DNA of 64,000 nucleotides from an uncultured Alphaproteobacteria bacterium (GCA_902595855.1 CACJRY010000008.1:4966-68965); one strand, 5' to 3'. Shown: positions 37,058 through 46,393, counted from the stretch's first letter. Notes: generated from the letters alone by a model not told the origin. Numbers and translations: made by a program.

Positions 37058-38050
37058 TTAACCTGTTTTTAATAAAATCTGTTTCCAGATCATAGTTTCA
37101 TCATACAGAACCCATTCATTTTTAATACCTCTTTCTCCAAATTCAACATGATTAATACCCATTATATAAATTTTCGAATTAGAGGCTTTCCCAAAAAGAC
37201 CATCACCTTCATGTTTACCTACCATAGACCATCGAACTGAAGCTTTTTTAGGTTCATATTTTTCTTCAGTAAAAGCAATGTGCTCAACTGAGAACAATGC
37301 GTTAGGAAAAGCATTTCTTAATTGTTTCCAAAATTTTATTACCTCATCTCTACCATGGTGAGTTTTTCCTCCTGGCTGGTATTGCTGTATAGCTCTGTCA
37401 TAACTATCATTTATTGTTTTCTCTAAATTAATGTTCATAATAGACATTAAGATATTTGCATATAGTTCTCCAATGTTGCCAGAAGCTAATATGGGAGATT
37501 TATAAATTGATTTAATAGGTGTATTTTCATCAAAGGGTTTACTAGCTTTTTCAGGACCGCCTTCATCTTTAATAAGATTACTAGCAAATTCCTTCGGATC
37601 AATTCCAATTTGTCTCACAATTGCTCCTTGGTCTCTCACAAGCCACTCATCATAAACTTGATTATTCATGCATGCACAATCAGCAATAGTGCGGTAATAG
37701 AGTTTTTTTCCTGTCGCTTTCCCATACATACCATCAACAGAATGAGTAGAGGTTGATAAAATGCGGTGTGATGAAAAATATCCCTCATCATCATTTCCTG
37801 TCCAAATTACATCTTCACCTAAAAGTGTTCTATCAGGAAATAGTTTTTTACTAGCATAGGTATTTTCAATTACTGGGTCTGCACCATAAATTACTCCAGA
37901 TGGAGATCTTGTAGGTGTTGGAAGACTTACGTTTGGAGTATCAGCATAATAATCTCTTATTGCTTCAACATCATTGTTTTCCCAAATTTGATATGTAATC
38001 TTTAAAATATAATCAGGAAAATCTTTGAATTGTGCATCAAATCCTTTCAT
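37058..38050 (-). CDS. Tandem NTF2/SnoaL-like protein, type 1, copy B
   Basis: 330 aa, paralogous to 33674..34813 (see that entry). The second half reads FPNALFSVEHIAF...VRWSMVGKHEGDGLFGKASNSKIYIMGINHVEF..GIKNEWVLYD. Confidence 0.7.
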   Translation of the reverse strand: MKGFDAQFKDFPDYILKITYQIWENNDVEAIRDYYADTPNVSLPTPTRSPSGVIYGADPVIENTYASKKLFPDRTLLGEDVIWTGNDDEGYFSSHRILSTSTHSVDGMYGKATGKKLYYRTIADCACMNNQVYDEWLVRDQGAIVRQIGIDPKEFASNLIKDEGGPEKASKPFDENTPIKSIYKSPILASGNIGELYANILMSIMNINLEKTINDSYDRAIQQYQPGGKTHHGRDEVIKFWKQLRNAFPNALFSVEHIAFTEEKYEPKKASVRWSMVGKHEGDGLFGKASNSKIYIMGINHVEFGERGIKNEWVLYDETMIWKQILLKTG

Positions 38051-38061
38051 ATAATTAATAT

Positions 38062-39033
38062 TTAATTAGTTTGTCGTATTATAAATAAATTACCATCATG
38101 ATCACTTATCTGTCTGATTGAACGAAGTGAATTTTTTGGAACAGAAAATGTATCTTTTTCTTTAATTACAACTTTATCGCCATCACAATCTATTTCCCAT
38201 TCACCAGATAAACAATGATAAACCTCTGATTTATCCAGTTTGTATTCATGTATATGGGCACTTTTTCCATTAAGAAGAGAAAGGCTAAATCCTGTCGTAT
38301 GCGGTATTTTTGGACTAAACAATTTGTCGTGAATTTTAAATTGATCAATATAGTTAATAATTTTATTAGACTGATAGTGATCATCATCAACAAAGTGTTG
38401 ATCTTTATCATTAAATCGAATCACGAATTTTTCTATGTCTTCTGAAGAGTAGTGGTCAAAACTCTCTAATTCATTATCTTTAAGTGGTTGAATAACCTTG
38501 GTCTCATCTGTTATTTTCTGTTTCTCTGTATCAATTAAAGAATTATCATTCATTAATACCATGCCAGATTCTTTTGCATCTTTTAAAAGTTTAGGTGTCC
38601 AAGTAATTACACCTGGATCATTTTCACCTAACACAACAAACATTAAAGCTTCTTCATCACTTACATTTTGAAAACCTCTAAACATGTTTGTGGGAAAAGA
38701 AGCAATGTCACCTTTTTTTAGTATTACTTCTCCTTCTGTGCCATCAACACCCCAATAAAAACGCCAGACACCTGAGTGAATTATAAAAACTTCTGCTGTT
38801 GTGTGACTATGTAATCCAGAGCCATTCATCGGCGCAGCACTTACAGCTCCAATATTAAAGCCATGTTCTTCAGCTATTTTGACATTTTGTTTGGCATCTT
38901 CACTTACACCAGGTCCTATAACTGAATAATTTTTCCTATCTTGATGACCTTTTAGTTTTCCCTCAACAAATGGTATATTGCTAGGAATAAGTTCATCAAA
39001 TTTGGCTAATCTAGATGTAATATTAATTGACAT
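38062..39033 (-). CDS. Bicupin protein
   Basis: 323 aa. The first barrel has the canonical cupin motif 1 GSGLHSHTTAEVFIIHSG. The second barrel (AHIHEYKLDKSEVYHCLSGEWEI) is degenerate. Confidence 0.65.
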   Translation of the reverse strand: MSINITSRLAKFDELIPSNIPFVEGKLKGHQDRKNYSVIGPGVSEDAKQNVKIAEEHGFNIGAVSAAPMNGSGLHSHTTAEVFIIHSGVWRFYWGVDGTEGEVILKKGDIASFPTNMFRGFQNVSDEEALMFVVLGENDPGVITWTPKLLKDAKESGMVLMNDNSLIDTEKQKITDETKVIQPLKDNELESFDHYSSEDIEKFVIRFNDKDQHFVDDDHYQSNKIINYIDQFKIHDKLFSPKIPHTTGFSLSLLNGKSAHIHEYKLDKSEVYHCLSGEWEIDCDGDKVVIKEKDTFSVPKNSLRSIRQISDHDGNLFIIRQTN

Positions 39034-39040
39034 ATTGTAA

Positions 39041-39087
39041 TGATCTTTTATTCATTTTTTTTGAATATTATTCAAAATAATGAATAA
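39041..39087. promoter_or_regulatory. Array of TGAAT/ATTCA half-sites in the divergent promoter of SnoaL module B
   Basis: Read directly: TGATCttttATTCAtttttttTGAATAttATTCAaaataaTGAATAA. The first 29 nt parallel the motif at 34859-34886. Confidence 0.4.
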
Positions 39088-39124
39088 ATCAATTATTATT
39101 TAACAATAGTGTTATTAAATTATT

Positions 39125-40219
39125 ATGGCAAATAAAATACAAAACTTTGATACAGGTGAGAAAGATAACTCAAATATAATTAATTTAGATCTTGATCCGA
39201 AGATAAATATTGAAAACAAAATATATTTTAAAAATTTATTAAAAAAAATTGCCGAGTGCTCTTTAGATGATTTAGAGGAAAATCTTGCAAATTTATATCA
39301 CATAGATGCTGAGTTTAATGGCTTTCATCCAATTAATGAAATTAAGGGGATTGAAGAAATAAAAAATAAATATTTAATACCTCTAAAGAAGGCATTCCCC
39401 GATCTTGAAAGAAGAAATAATCTAGTTATTGGAGGAGCATTTAGAGATAAAGTTTTTGTTTCATTTATTAGTCATTTAACTGGTACTTTCAAAAATGAGT
39501 GGTTGGGTGTAAAGCCGACTAACAAAACAATTTATCTTAGAACATGTGAAGCACATCAAATTACAAACAATAAAATAATAAAATCTTACACATTGATAGA
39601 TACTGTAGACTTTATCAGTCAAGCGGGACATTGGCCTATAAATAAATCTCTTGGAGTAGAAGGGATGTGGAGTAGTCCAATCACAGGTGATGGAGAAAAT
39701 AATCAAAATTTAGATAAAGAACTGTCTCTTCAATCTTTAAATCAAGATTTAACCATGCAAAGAAGTTTAAATATTAAACCTGAGACTGAACCAGGTCTTT
39801 CAAAGGATCAAATAAGAGAAAAATTAATTAATCATCCTCAACAAGATTACTGGCATCCAAAAATGATGTGGTATGGGCCAAGTGGTATAGGCACAGCTAG
39901 AGGTTTAGATGGTTTTGTTGATCAACACCAACTCCCATTTAGACTTACATTCAAGGATAGAGATTATTGGAAAATTGGCCATTATATTGAAATTGGAGAT
40001 GGAAATTATTCTATGACTGGGGGTTGGCATAGTATTGAGTGTGTACATGGTTCCAGTGAATGGCTTGGATATGAAGCAACAAATAAGACAGTAACAATGA
40101 GAGTAATGGATTTTTATTTACATCATGAAGGCTTAATAAGAGAAAATTGGGTCCCAATAGATATAGCGCACATCTTATATCAAATAGGTGTAGATGTTTT
40201 TGAACTAATAAAAAAATAA
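39125..40219 (+). CDS. Tandem NTF2/SnoaL-like protein, type 2, copy B
   Basis: 364 aa, paralogous to 34921..35925. Confidence 0.7.
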   Translation: MANKIQNFDTGEKDNSNIINLDLDPKINIENKIYFKNLLKKIAECSLDDLEENLANLYHIDAEFNGFHPINEIKGIEEIKNKYLIPLKKAFPDLERRNNLVIGGAFRDKVFVSFISHLTGTFKNEWLGVKPTNKTIYLRTCEAHQITNNKIIKSYTLIDTVDFISQAGHWPINKSLGVEGMWSSPITGDGENNQNLDKELSLQSLNQDLTMQRSLNIKPETEPGLSKDQIREKLINHPQQDYWHPKMMWYGPSGIGTARGLDGFVDQHQLPFRLTFKDRDYWKIGHYIEIGDGNYSMTGGWHSIECVHGSSEWLGYEATNKTVTMRVMDFYLHHEGLIRENWVPIDIAHILYQIGVDVFELIKK

Positions 40220-40280
40220 CAGATTTAATAGATATTATCAGATAATTATATATACGTAGAAAATTAATTGAGGGGAAAAA

Positions 40281-41567
40281 ATGACTATTTCATATATCAA
40301 AAAAGCTGACAAAACTGCTTCTTCCGATGAAGTAGAGACAAGACAACGAGTACAAGAAGTTCTTAAAGAAATTGAATCAAAAAGAGATGACGGCATTAGA
40401 GAAATCTCTCGAAAGTTTGATAAGTATGAAGGTGATGTTGTTGTTTCCCAAGAAAAAATTGAAGAAGTTATAAAATCATTAGATCAAAAAGTAAAAGATG
40501 ACGTTCAGTTCTCCTATGATAGAGTTCGCAGTTTTGCAGAGCATCAACTAAAGCATCTTAATAATGATTTTGAAGTTGAATTATCTCCAGGTCTTTTTGC
40601 TGGTCAAAAATTAATTCCGGTTAACAGTGTTGGGTGTTATGTTCCTGGCGGTCGGTATAATAATATCGCTTCAGCTGTTATGAGTATCACGACAGCTAAA
40701 GTTGCTGGTGTTAAAAATGTAATTGCCGCTAGTCCTCCTAAAGATGAAAATGGTGCTAACCCTATAATTATTTACACAGCAAATTTATGTGGTGCTGATG
40801 TTATTATGAACTGTGGTGGAATAGGAGCAATTGGTGCTTTTGCTTATGGATGTTTTGGTAATCCAGAAGTTGATATGATCGTTGGTCCAGGAAACCAGTA
40901 CGTAGCAGAGGCAAAAAGAATTTTATACGGAAAAGTTGGAATTGATTTATTTGCAGGACCAACAGAAATTGGCATTATCGCAGATCATACTGCTGATAAA
41001 GAAATGATCGCTGTTGATCTTGTAGGGCAAGCAGAGCACGGTCCAAATTCTCCAGCGTGGCTTTATACAACTGATAAAGAATTGTGTGATTATGTAATGA
41101 AGAGAGTACCAGAATTAATTGCTGAACTACCCGAAACATCCAGAAATAATGCTGATGCTGCTTGGCGTGATTATGGTGAAGTTGTGTTGTGTAATACTAA
41201 CGAAGAATTATGCCAAGTAAGCGATGAATACGCACCTGAACATTTAGAAGTACAAGCTGAAAACTTGGATTGGTGGTTAGATAAATTAAAAAACTATGGA
41301 TCCTTATTTTTAGGAGAAGAAACTACAGTTGCTTACGGCGATAAATGTTCTGGAACTAATCACATTCTTCCAACCAAAGGAGCTGCAAAATATACTGGTG
41401 GTTTGTTTGTAGGTAAATTTATTAAAACAGTTACCTTTCAGCGCATGACAAAAGAATCGAATAAAGAAGTTGGTGCTGCAGCAGCTAGAATTTCACGATT
41501 AGAAGGAATGGAAGCACATGCACGAACCGGTGATGCCCGTTTAAGAAAGTATGGTTTTCAAAATTAA
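40281..41567 (+). CDS. Histidinol-dehydrogenase-family NAD-dependent dehydrogenase, probably not the biosynthetic HisD (HpsN-like candidate)
   Basis: 428 aa with GPGNQYVAEAKR, FAGPTE, QAEHGP, APEHLEV, GDKCSGTNHILPT and EGMEAHA. There is no his-operon context. GAGGGG lies 5-10 nt upstream of the ATG. Confidence 0.8.
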   Translation: MTISYIKKADKTASSDEVETRQRVQEVLKEIESKRDDGIREISRKFDKYEGDVVVSQEKIEEVIKSLDQKVKDDVQFSYDRVRSFAEHQLKHLNNDFEVELSPGLFAGQKLIPVNSVGCYVPGGRYNNIASAVMSITTAKVAGVKNVIAASPPKDENGANPIIIYTANLCGADVIMNCGGIGAIGAFAYGCFGNPEVDMIVGPGNQYVAEAKRILYGKVGIDLFAGPTEIGIIADHTADKEMIAVDLVGQAEHGPNSPAWLYTTDKELCDYVMKRVPELIAELPETSRNNADAAWRDYGEVVLCNTNEELCQVSDEYAPEHLEVQAENLDWWLDKLKNYGSLFLGEETTVAYGDKCSGTNHILPTKGAAKYTGGLFVGKFIKTVTFQRMTKESNKEVGAAAARISRLEGMEAHARTGDARLRKYGFQN

Positions 41568-43438
41568 ATAATTTTTTTACTTTCTAAAAAATTGATAATT
41601 TGATCAGCTAACTCTTCAGCATTATTTGTTTTTGTATCAAGGACGAGATCTGCATTTTCTGGGATTTCATAAGTAGAATCAATTCCTGTAAAATTCTTTA
41701 ATTCGCCTGATCTTGCTTTTTTGTATAATCCTTTTGGATCTCTCTTTTCACATTCTTCTAATGGAGTACTAACAAATACTTCAAAAAATTCACCCTCCTC
41801 AAGCAAATCTCTTGCCATTTTTCTCTCTGAGCGAAACGGTGAAATAAAGGAGACTAGAGTAATCAATCCAGCATCTAGCATTAATTTTGAAACTTCAGCA
41901 ACACGTCGAATATTTTCAACACGGTCTGTATCGGTAAATCCTAAATCTTTATTTAAGCCATGACGAACATTATCACCATCTAATAAATAAGTTCTTTTAT
42001 TCATGGTATGAAGTTTTTGTTCCAGAATATTAGCAATTGTTGACTTTCCTGATCCTGATAATCCAGTAAACCAAATCACACATGGTTGTTGGACATTTAG
42101 TTTGGAGCGCGTCTCTTTATTAATACTCATTTCATGCCAAGAAATATTAGTGGATCGACGCAATGCATGGTCAATCATGCCAGCACCAATTGTTTTATTA
42201 TTATATGGATCAATGATAACGAAACTACCTAATTGATGATTGTCTTTATAAGGAGCAATACTGTGCATTTTATTTAATGCTATTTTACAATAGGCAATAT
42301 CGTTTAAATTTAATTTTTTGGTTGCTATTTCTTCATAAGAATTAATATTAATACTGTGAACTAGATCAGTAATTTGTCCATTGATAAAACTATTATTAAA
42401 ACGAAAGATGTAATTACGCTCTGGTAACATTGCGTCTTGATCCATCCAAACAAGATGAGCTGCAAACTGATCAACTTTGATAATTTTATTATTATCTTGT
42501 CTAAGAATGATATCGCCTCGAGAAATATCCAATTCATCTTGTAATGTTAATGTTACTGCTTGATTAATAAAAGCTTCATCCAACTCACCATTAGGTCCAT
42601 AAATACTCTTAATAGAAGTTTGAGAATTCAATGAAGAAGTTGTGATTACATCTCCTTTAGATATTTTGCCAGAAGTGATCGTTCCAGCATATCCCCTAAA
42701 ATCTGAGCTTGATCTATTCACCCATTGCACTGGCATACTAAATGCATCGTTCATCCCCTCCTCTTCAATTTGAATGTTTTCTAAAGTTTCAATAAGGGAA
42801 GGCCCTGAATACCATTTAGTATTTTCAAAATTTGAAAAAACATTATCTCCCTTTAAAGCTGATAATGGAATATACTTCGTGGAGATAAAATTAAAATTCT
42901 TTATCAATTCTTTATATTCTGCGATGATTATATTAAAGATATGTTCATCATAATTTACTAAATCCATTTTGTTGATTGCCACAACAACATGCTGAATACC
43001 AAGGAGATTAACAATAAAACTATGCCTTTTTGTTTGCTCCAAAACACCTTTTTGTGCATCAATTAAAATAATAGCAACATCAGAATTAGAGGCACCTGTT
43101 GCCATATTACGTGTATATTGTTCATGTCCTGGTGTATCGGCAACAATAAATTTACATTTTGATGTTTCAAAAAAACGGTATGCAACATCAATTGTAATTC
43201 CTTGTTCGCGCTCCGCTTGTAAGCCATCAATTAATAATGCTAGATCTATATCTTTTCCTTGGGTGCCGTATTTTTCACTTTCAATCTTTGCTTGATCCAT
43301 TTGATCAACAAATACATTTTGAGAATCGTACAACAGTCTACCTAATAAAGTCGACTTGCCATCATCCACGGATCCACATGTTAAAATTTTAACTTGCTTC
43401 TTTTTATTTTGATTTTGAAAAAATTTTTCTAAATCCAT
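41564..43438 (-). CDS. cysNC: Bifunctional sulfate adenylyltransferase subunit 1 / adenylylsulfate kinase
   Basis: 624 aa. GTPase motifs GSVDDGKST, DTPGH and NKMD; C-terminal APS kinase with the P-loop GLSGSGKST. Confidence 0.9.
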   Translation of the reverse strand: MDLEKFFQNQNKKKQVKILTCGSVDDGKSTLLGRLLYDSQNVFVDQMDQAKIESEKYGTQGKDIDLALLIDGLQAEREQGITIDVAYRFFETSKCKFIVADTPGHEQYTRNMATGASNSDVAIILIDAQKGVLEQTKRHSFIVNLLGIQHVVVAINKMDLVNYDEHIFNIIIAEYKELIKNFNFISTKYIPLSALKGDNVFSNFENTKWYSGPSLIETLENIQIEEEGMNDAFSMPVQWVNRSSSDFRGYAGTITSGKISKGDVITTSSLNSQTSIKSIYGPNGELDEAFINQAVTLTLQDELDISRGDIILRQDNNKIIKVDQFAAHLVWMDQDAMLPERNYIFRFNNSFINGQITDLVHSININSYEEIATKKLNLNDIAYCKIALNKMHSIAPYKDNHQLGSFVIIDPYNNKTIGAGMIDHALRRSTNISWHEMSINKETRSKLNVQQPCVIWFTGLSGSGKSTIANILEQKLHTMNKRTYLLDGDNVRHGLNKDLGFTDTDRVENIRRVAEVSKLMLDAGLITLVSFISPFRSERKMARDLLEEGEFFEVFVSTPLEECEKRDPKGLYKKARSGELKNFTGIDSTYEIPENADLVLDTKTNNAEELADQIINFLESKKII

Positions 43439-44337
43439 TAAAAATATCCTTCTTGCTTCTTCTTTTCCATTGATCCAATTTGATCTTTATCTATTGCTCT
43501 TCCTTCTCTTTCAGAATTTTTACTCTCTAATAATTCAATGATAATTTCTTCCACTGTTGTTGCTGTTGACTCAATAGCACCAGTTAAAGGATAGCAACCC
43601 AATGTTCTAAAACGCACCATTCGATTTTCTATTTTTTCATGTTCTTTTACATCGAGCCTTTTGTCATCAACCATTAAAAGTAAATCATCACGTTTAATTA
43701 CGGTGCGTTCTTTTGCAAAGTATAGAGGAACAATATTTATCTTTTCTTGGTAAATGTATTGCCATACATCAATCTCAGTCCAATTTGATAGAGGAAAAAC
43801 TCTTACGTTTTCTCCCTTTGCTATTTTTGTATTATATAAATTCCATAATTCAGGCCGTTGATTTTTTGGATCCCAATGATGTTGCTGATCTCTAAAAGAA
43901 AATACTCTTTCCTTTGCTCTTGATTTTTCTTCATCTCTACGTGCTCCTCCAAAAGCAGCATCAAACTTATATTTATCTAATGCTTGCTTCAGTGCTTGTG
44001 TCTTCATTACATCTGTATGAAGTTTAGAGCCATGGGTTATGGGGCCAATATTATTTTTTACACCTTCTTCATTAATATGAACTAATAAATCTAAGTTGTA
44101 TTCTTTTGCGATCTCATCACGAAAAGTTATCATTTCTCTAAATTTCCAAGTTGTATCAACATGCAATAATTTAAATGGAAGCTTGCTTGGTGCAAAAGCT
44201 TTTAATGCTAGGTGGAGCATGACCGCAGAGTCTTTTCCTATTGAATAAAGCATAACAGGATTTTCAAACTCTGATGCTACTTCTCTAATAATGTGTATGC
44301 TTTCAGTTTCTAATTTTTCTAAATGGGTTAAGTTCAT
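43438..44337 (-). CDS. cysD: Sulfate adenylyltransferase subunit 2
   Basis: 299 aa. [18 protein letters not shown] and the C-terminal GYF are typical of CysD. Confidence 0.95.
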   Translation of the reverse strand: MNLTHLEKLETESIHIIREVASEFENPVMLYSIGKDSAVMLHLALKAFAPSKLPFKLLHVDTTWKFREMITFRDEIAKEYNLDLLVHINEEGVKNNIGPITHGSKLHTDVMKTQALKQALDKYKFDAAFGGARRDEEKSRAKERVFSFRDQQHHWDPKNQRPELWNLYNTKIAKGENVRVFPLSNWTEIDVWQYIYQEKINIVPLYFAKERTVIKRDDLLLMVDDKRLDVKEHEKIENRMVRFRTLGCYPLTGAIESTATTVEEIIIELLESKNSEREGRAIDKDQIGSMEKKKQEGYF

Positions 44338-44340
44338 AAT

Positions 44341-45135
44341 TTAATTGAGATCAATGTTGCCTATAGCATAAAATTCAGGATTAATAATATTCTCTTTCGT
44401 ATTATATTTGATACTATTATTTTGAAAGGTTCTAATTTTTCCACCAGCTTCATTCACTATCATATGACCAGCTGCAATATCCCATTCTGATGTTGGTCCA
44501 AAACGAGGATATATATCTGCTTCCCCCTCTGCGATTAAACAAAATTTTAATGAGCTCCCAGCTTGTACTATCTCAGCATTAGGAAATTTTTCTTTTACCC
44601 AATTATCAAAAGTAGCGTTAGAGTGAGAGCGACTTCCAATTACGCGTGCTCTGTTCGTTTGACTTGAAACTAGAATTTTTTTAATTCCCTCAAAGTTTTC
44701 CAACTTATCTTTTGTATTTGTTTTAAATGATCCTTTGTTTTTTTCAGCCAAGTATAAGAGAGATTTTGCAGGAACATAGACTACTCCTAAAATTGGATTA
44801 TTGTCTTCAATCAAAGCAATATTTACAGTGAACTCACCATTTTTTTTAATAAATTCTTTTGTTCCATCTAAGGGATCAACTAGCCAATACTTCTTCCAAT
44901 TTTTTCTTATACTCCAATCAACAAGGGACTCTTCACTCAAAATAGGAATATTGCTATTCAATTTAGTTAGAGACTCTAGAATAATTTTATTAGAAGCTAA
45001 ATCTGCTTTTGTTAAAGGAGATAAGTCCTCTTTTTGTGTAACTTCAATTTCATTATTATAGAAATTTAAAATTTCTTTACCTGCTTCTATTGCAATATTA
45101 CAAATATCTAATAACAGTTTATTATTTGGTATCAT
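44341..45135 (-). CDS. cysQ: 3'(2'),5'-bisphosphate nucleotidase
   Basis: LSEES, WLVDPLDGTKEF and WDIAAGH (inositol monophosphatase/CysQ family). Confidence 0.85.
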   Translation of the reverse strand: MIPNNKLLLDICNIAIEAGKEILNFYNNEIEVTQKEDLSPLTKADLASNKIILESLTKLNSNIPILSEESLVDWSIRKNWKKYWLVDPLDGTKEFIKKNGEFTVNIALIEDNNPILGVVYVPAKSLLYLAEKNKGSFKTNTKDKLENFEGIKKILVSSQTNRARVIGSRSHSNATFDNWVKEKFPNAEIVQAGSSLKFCLIAEGEADIYPRFGPTSEWDIAAGHMIVNEAGGKIRTFQNNSIKYNTKENIINPEFYAIGNIDLN

Positions 45136-45183
45136 TTTAATTTGACTTTTATAGAACCTAAATTAGTGTTTTGGTAGGTTTTT

Positions 45184-46383
45184 ATGGAAAAAGAGATTTA
45201 CAAAATCATCGATAAAGAAAAATTAAGTATAGTAAGTGAAACCATAGAAAAAGCGCACGGCCTTCCAAATGAATGCTATCTTAATGGACCCTACACGAGC
45301 ATAGAACGAAAAAAAATATTCGAAAATAAATGGGTTACCATTGGCGTTGCAAGCTCTGTTCCTAACCCAGGTGATACTAAACCATTTGATTTATTAGGTA
45401 TTCCTCTCATAATTGTTAGAGATAAAAAAAAACAGATTAGAGTTTTTCATAATGTATGTAGTCACCGCGGTTACAAATTAATTCATGAATCCTGTTCTCT
45501 TAAAAATGTGTTACGTTGTCCGTATCATTCCTGGTCTTATGATTTTGAGGGAAATTTAGTTGCGACTCCTCATTTAGGAGGTGTCAATAAACATGAACAT
45601 AAAAATTTTGATAAATCCAAAAGTGGATTGAAAGAAGTAAGATCTTCTGTGTGGCTTGATTTGATAATGGTGAATATTTCAAATAACGAAATACCCTTCG
45701 AACAATACATTCAGCCACTTGAGGATAGATGGTCTTCTTTTTGGACAAAAAAAGATCAGCAAATGATATACCATGCAAAAGATTATGGATATTTTCAATT
45801 AGAGGCCAAATGTAATTGGAAGTTTGCAATTGAAAACTATTGTGAAAGTTATCACTTGCCCTTTGTTCATCCTGGGTTGAACGCCTATTCAAAAATTGAT
45901 GACCACTATCATATTCAGGGATTACCGAATCGTTTTGCTGGCCAGGGAACACTTGTTTACAATCCACAATTTATTAATGATGAAAAATTTCCAACTTTCC
46001 CTGGTTGGTCTAAAGATAAGGAACAACACGCTGAATATGTAGCTTTGTTTCCAAATGTAATGTTGGGTATTCATAAAGATCATTATTATGCATATTGGTT
46101 AGAACCAATAAGTCATGAACTTACAAAAGAACACATGGAGATCTATTATGTGGGTGATGAAGCAGCAAATGGAGATCAATTTAAATCTTTAAGAAAACAA
46201 AATTATGAGCAATGGCTTAGTATTCAATCAGAAGACTTAAATATTATAGAGGGTATGCAAGAGGGAAGAAACTCACCAGTTTATAATGGTGGTAATTTTT
46301 CCCCAGTTCTTGATAATCCTACTCACCATTTTAATAAATGGGTGGCAACATCATTAACTGACAATGACTTTACATCAATTTAG
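45184..46383 (+). CDS. Rieske [2Fe-2S] non-haem-iron oxygenase alpha subunit (betaine/quaternary-amine demethylase-like)
   Basis: Rieske motif CSHRGYKL-x-CPYHSWSY. Mononuclear iron motif ENYCESYHLPFVH. Confidence 0.85.
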   Translation: MEKEIYKIIDKEKLSIVSETIEKAHGLPNECYLNGPYTSIERKKIFENKWVTIGVASSVPNPGDTKPFDLLGIPLIIVRDKKKQIRVFHNVCSHRGYKLIHESCSLKNVLRCPYHSWSYDFEGNLVATPHLGGVNKHEHKNFDKSKSGLKEVRSSVWLDLIMVNISNNEIPFEQYIQPLEDRWSSFWTKKDQQMIYHAKDYGYFQLEAKCNWKFAIENYCESYHLPFVHPGLNAYSKIDDHYHIQGLPNRFAGQGTLVYNPQFINDEKFPTFPGWSKDKEQHAEYVALFPNVMLGIHKDHYYAYWLEPISHELTKEHMEIYYVGDEAANGDQFKSLRKQNYEQWLSIQSEDLNIIEGMQEGRNSPVYNGGNFSPVLDNPTHHFNKWVATSLTDNDFTSI

Positions 46384-46393
46384 AATATAACTA

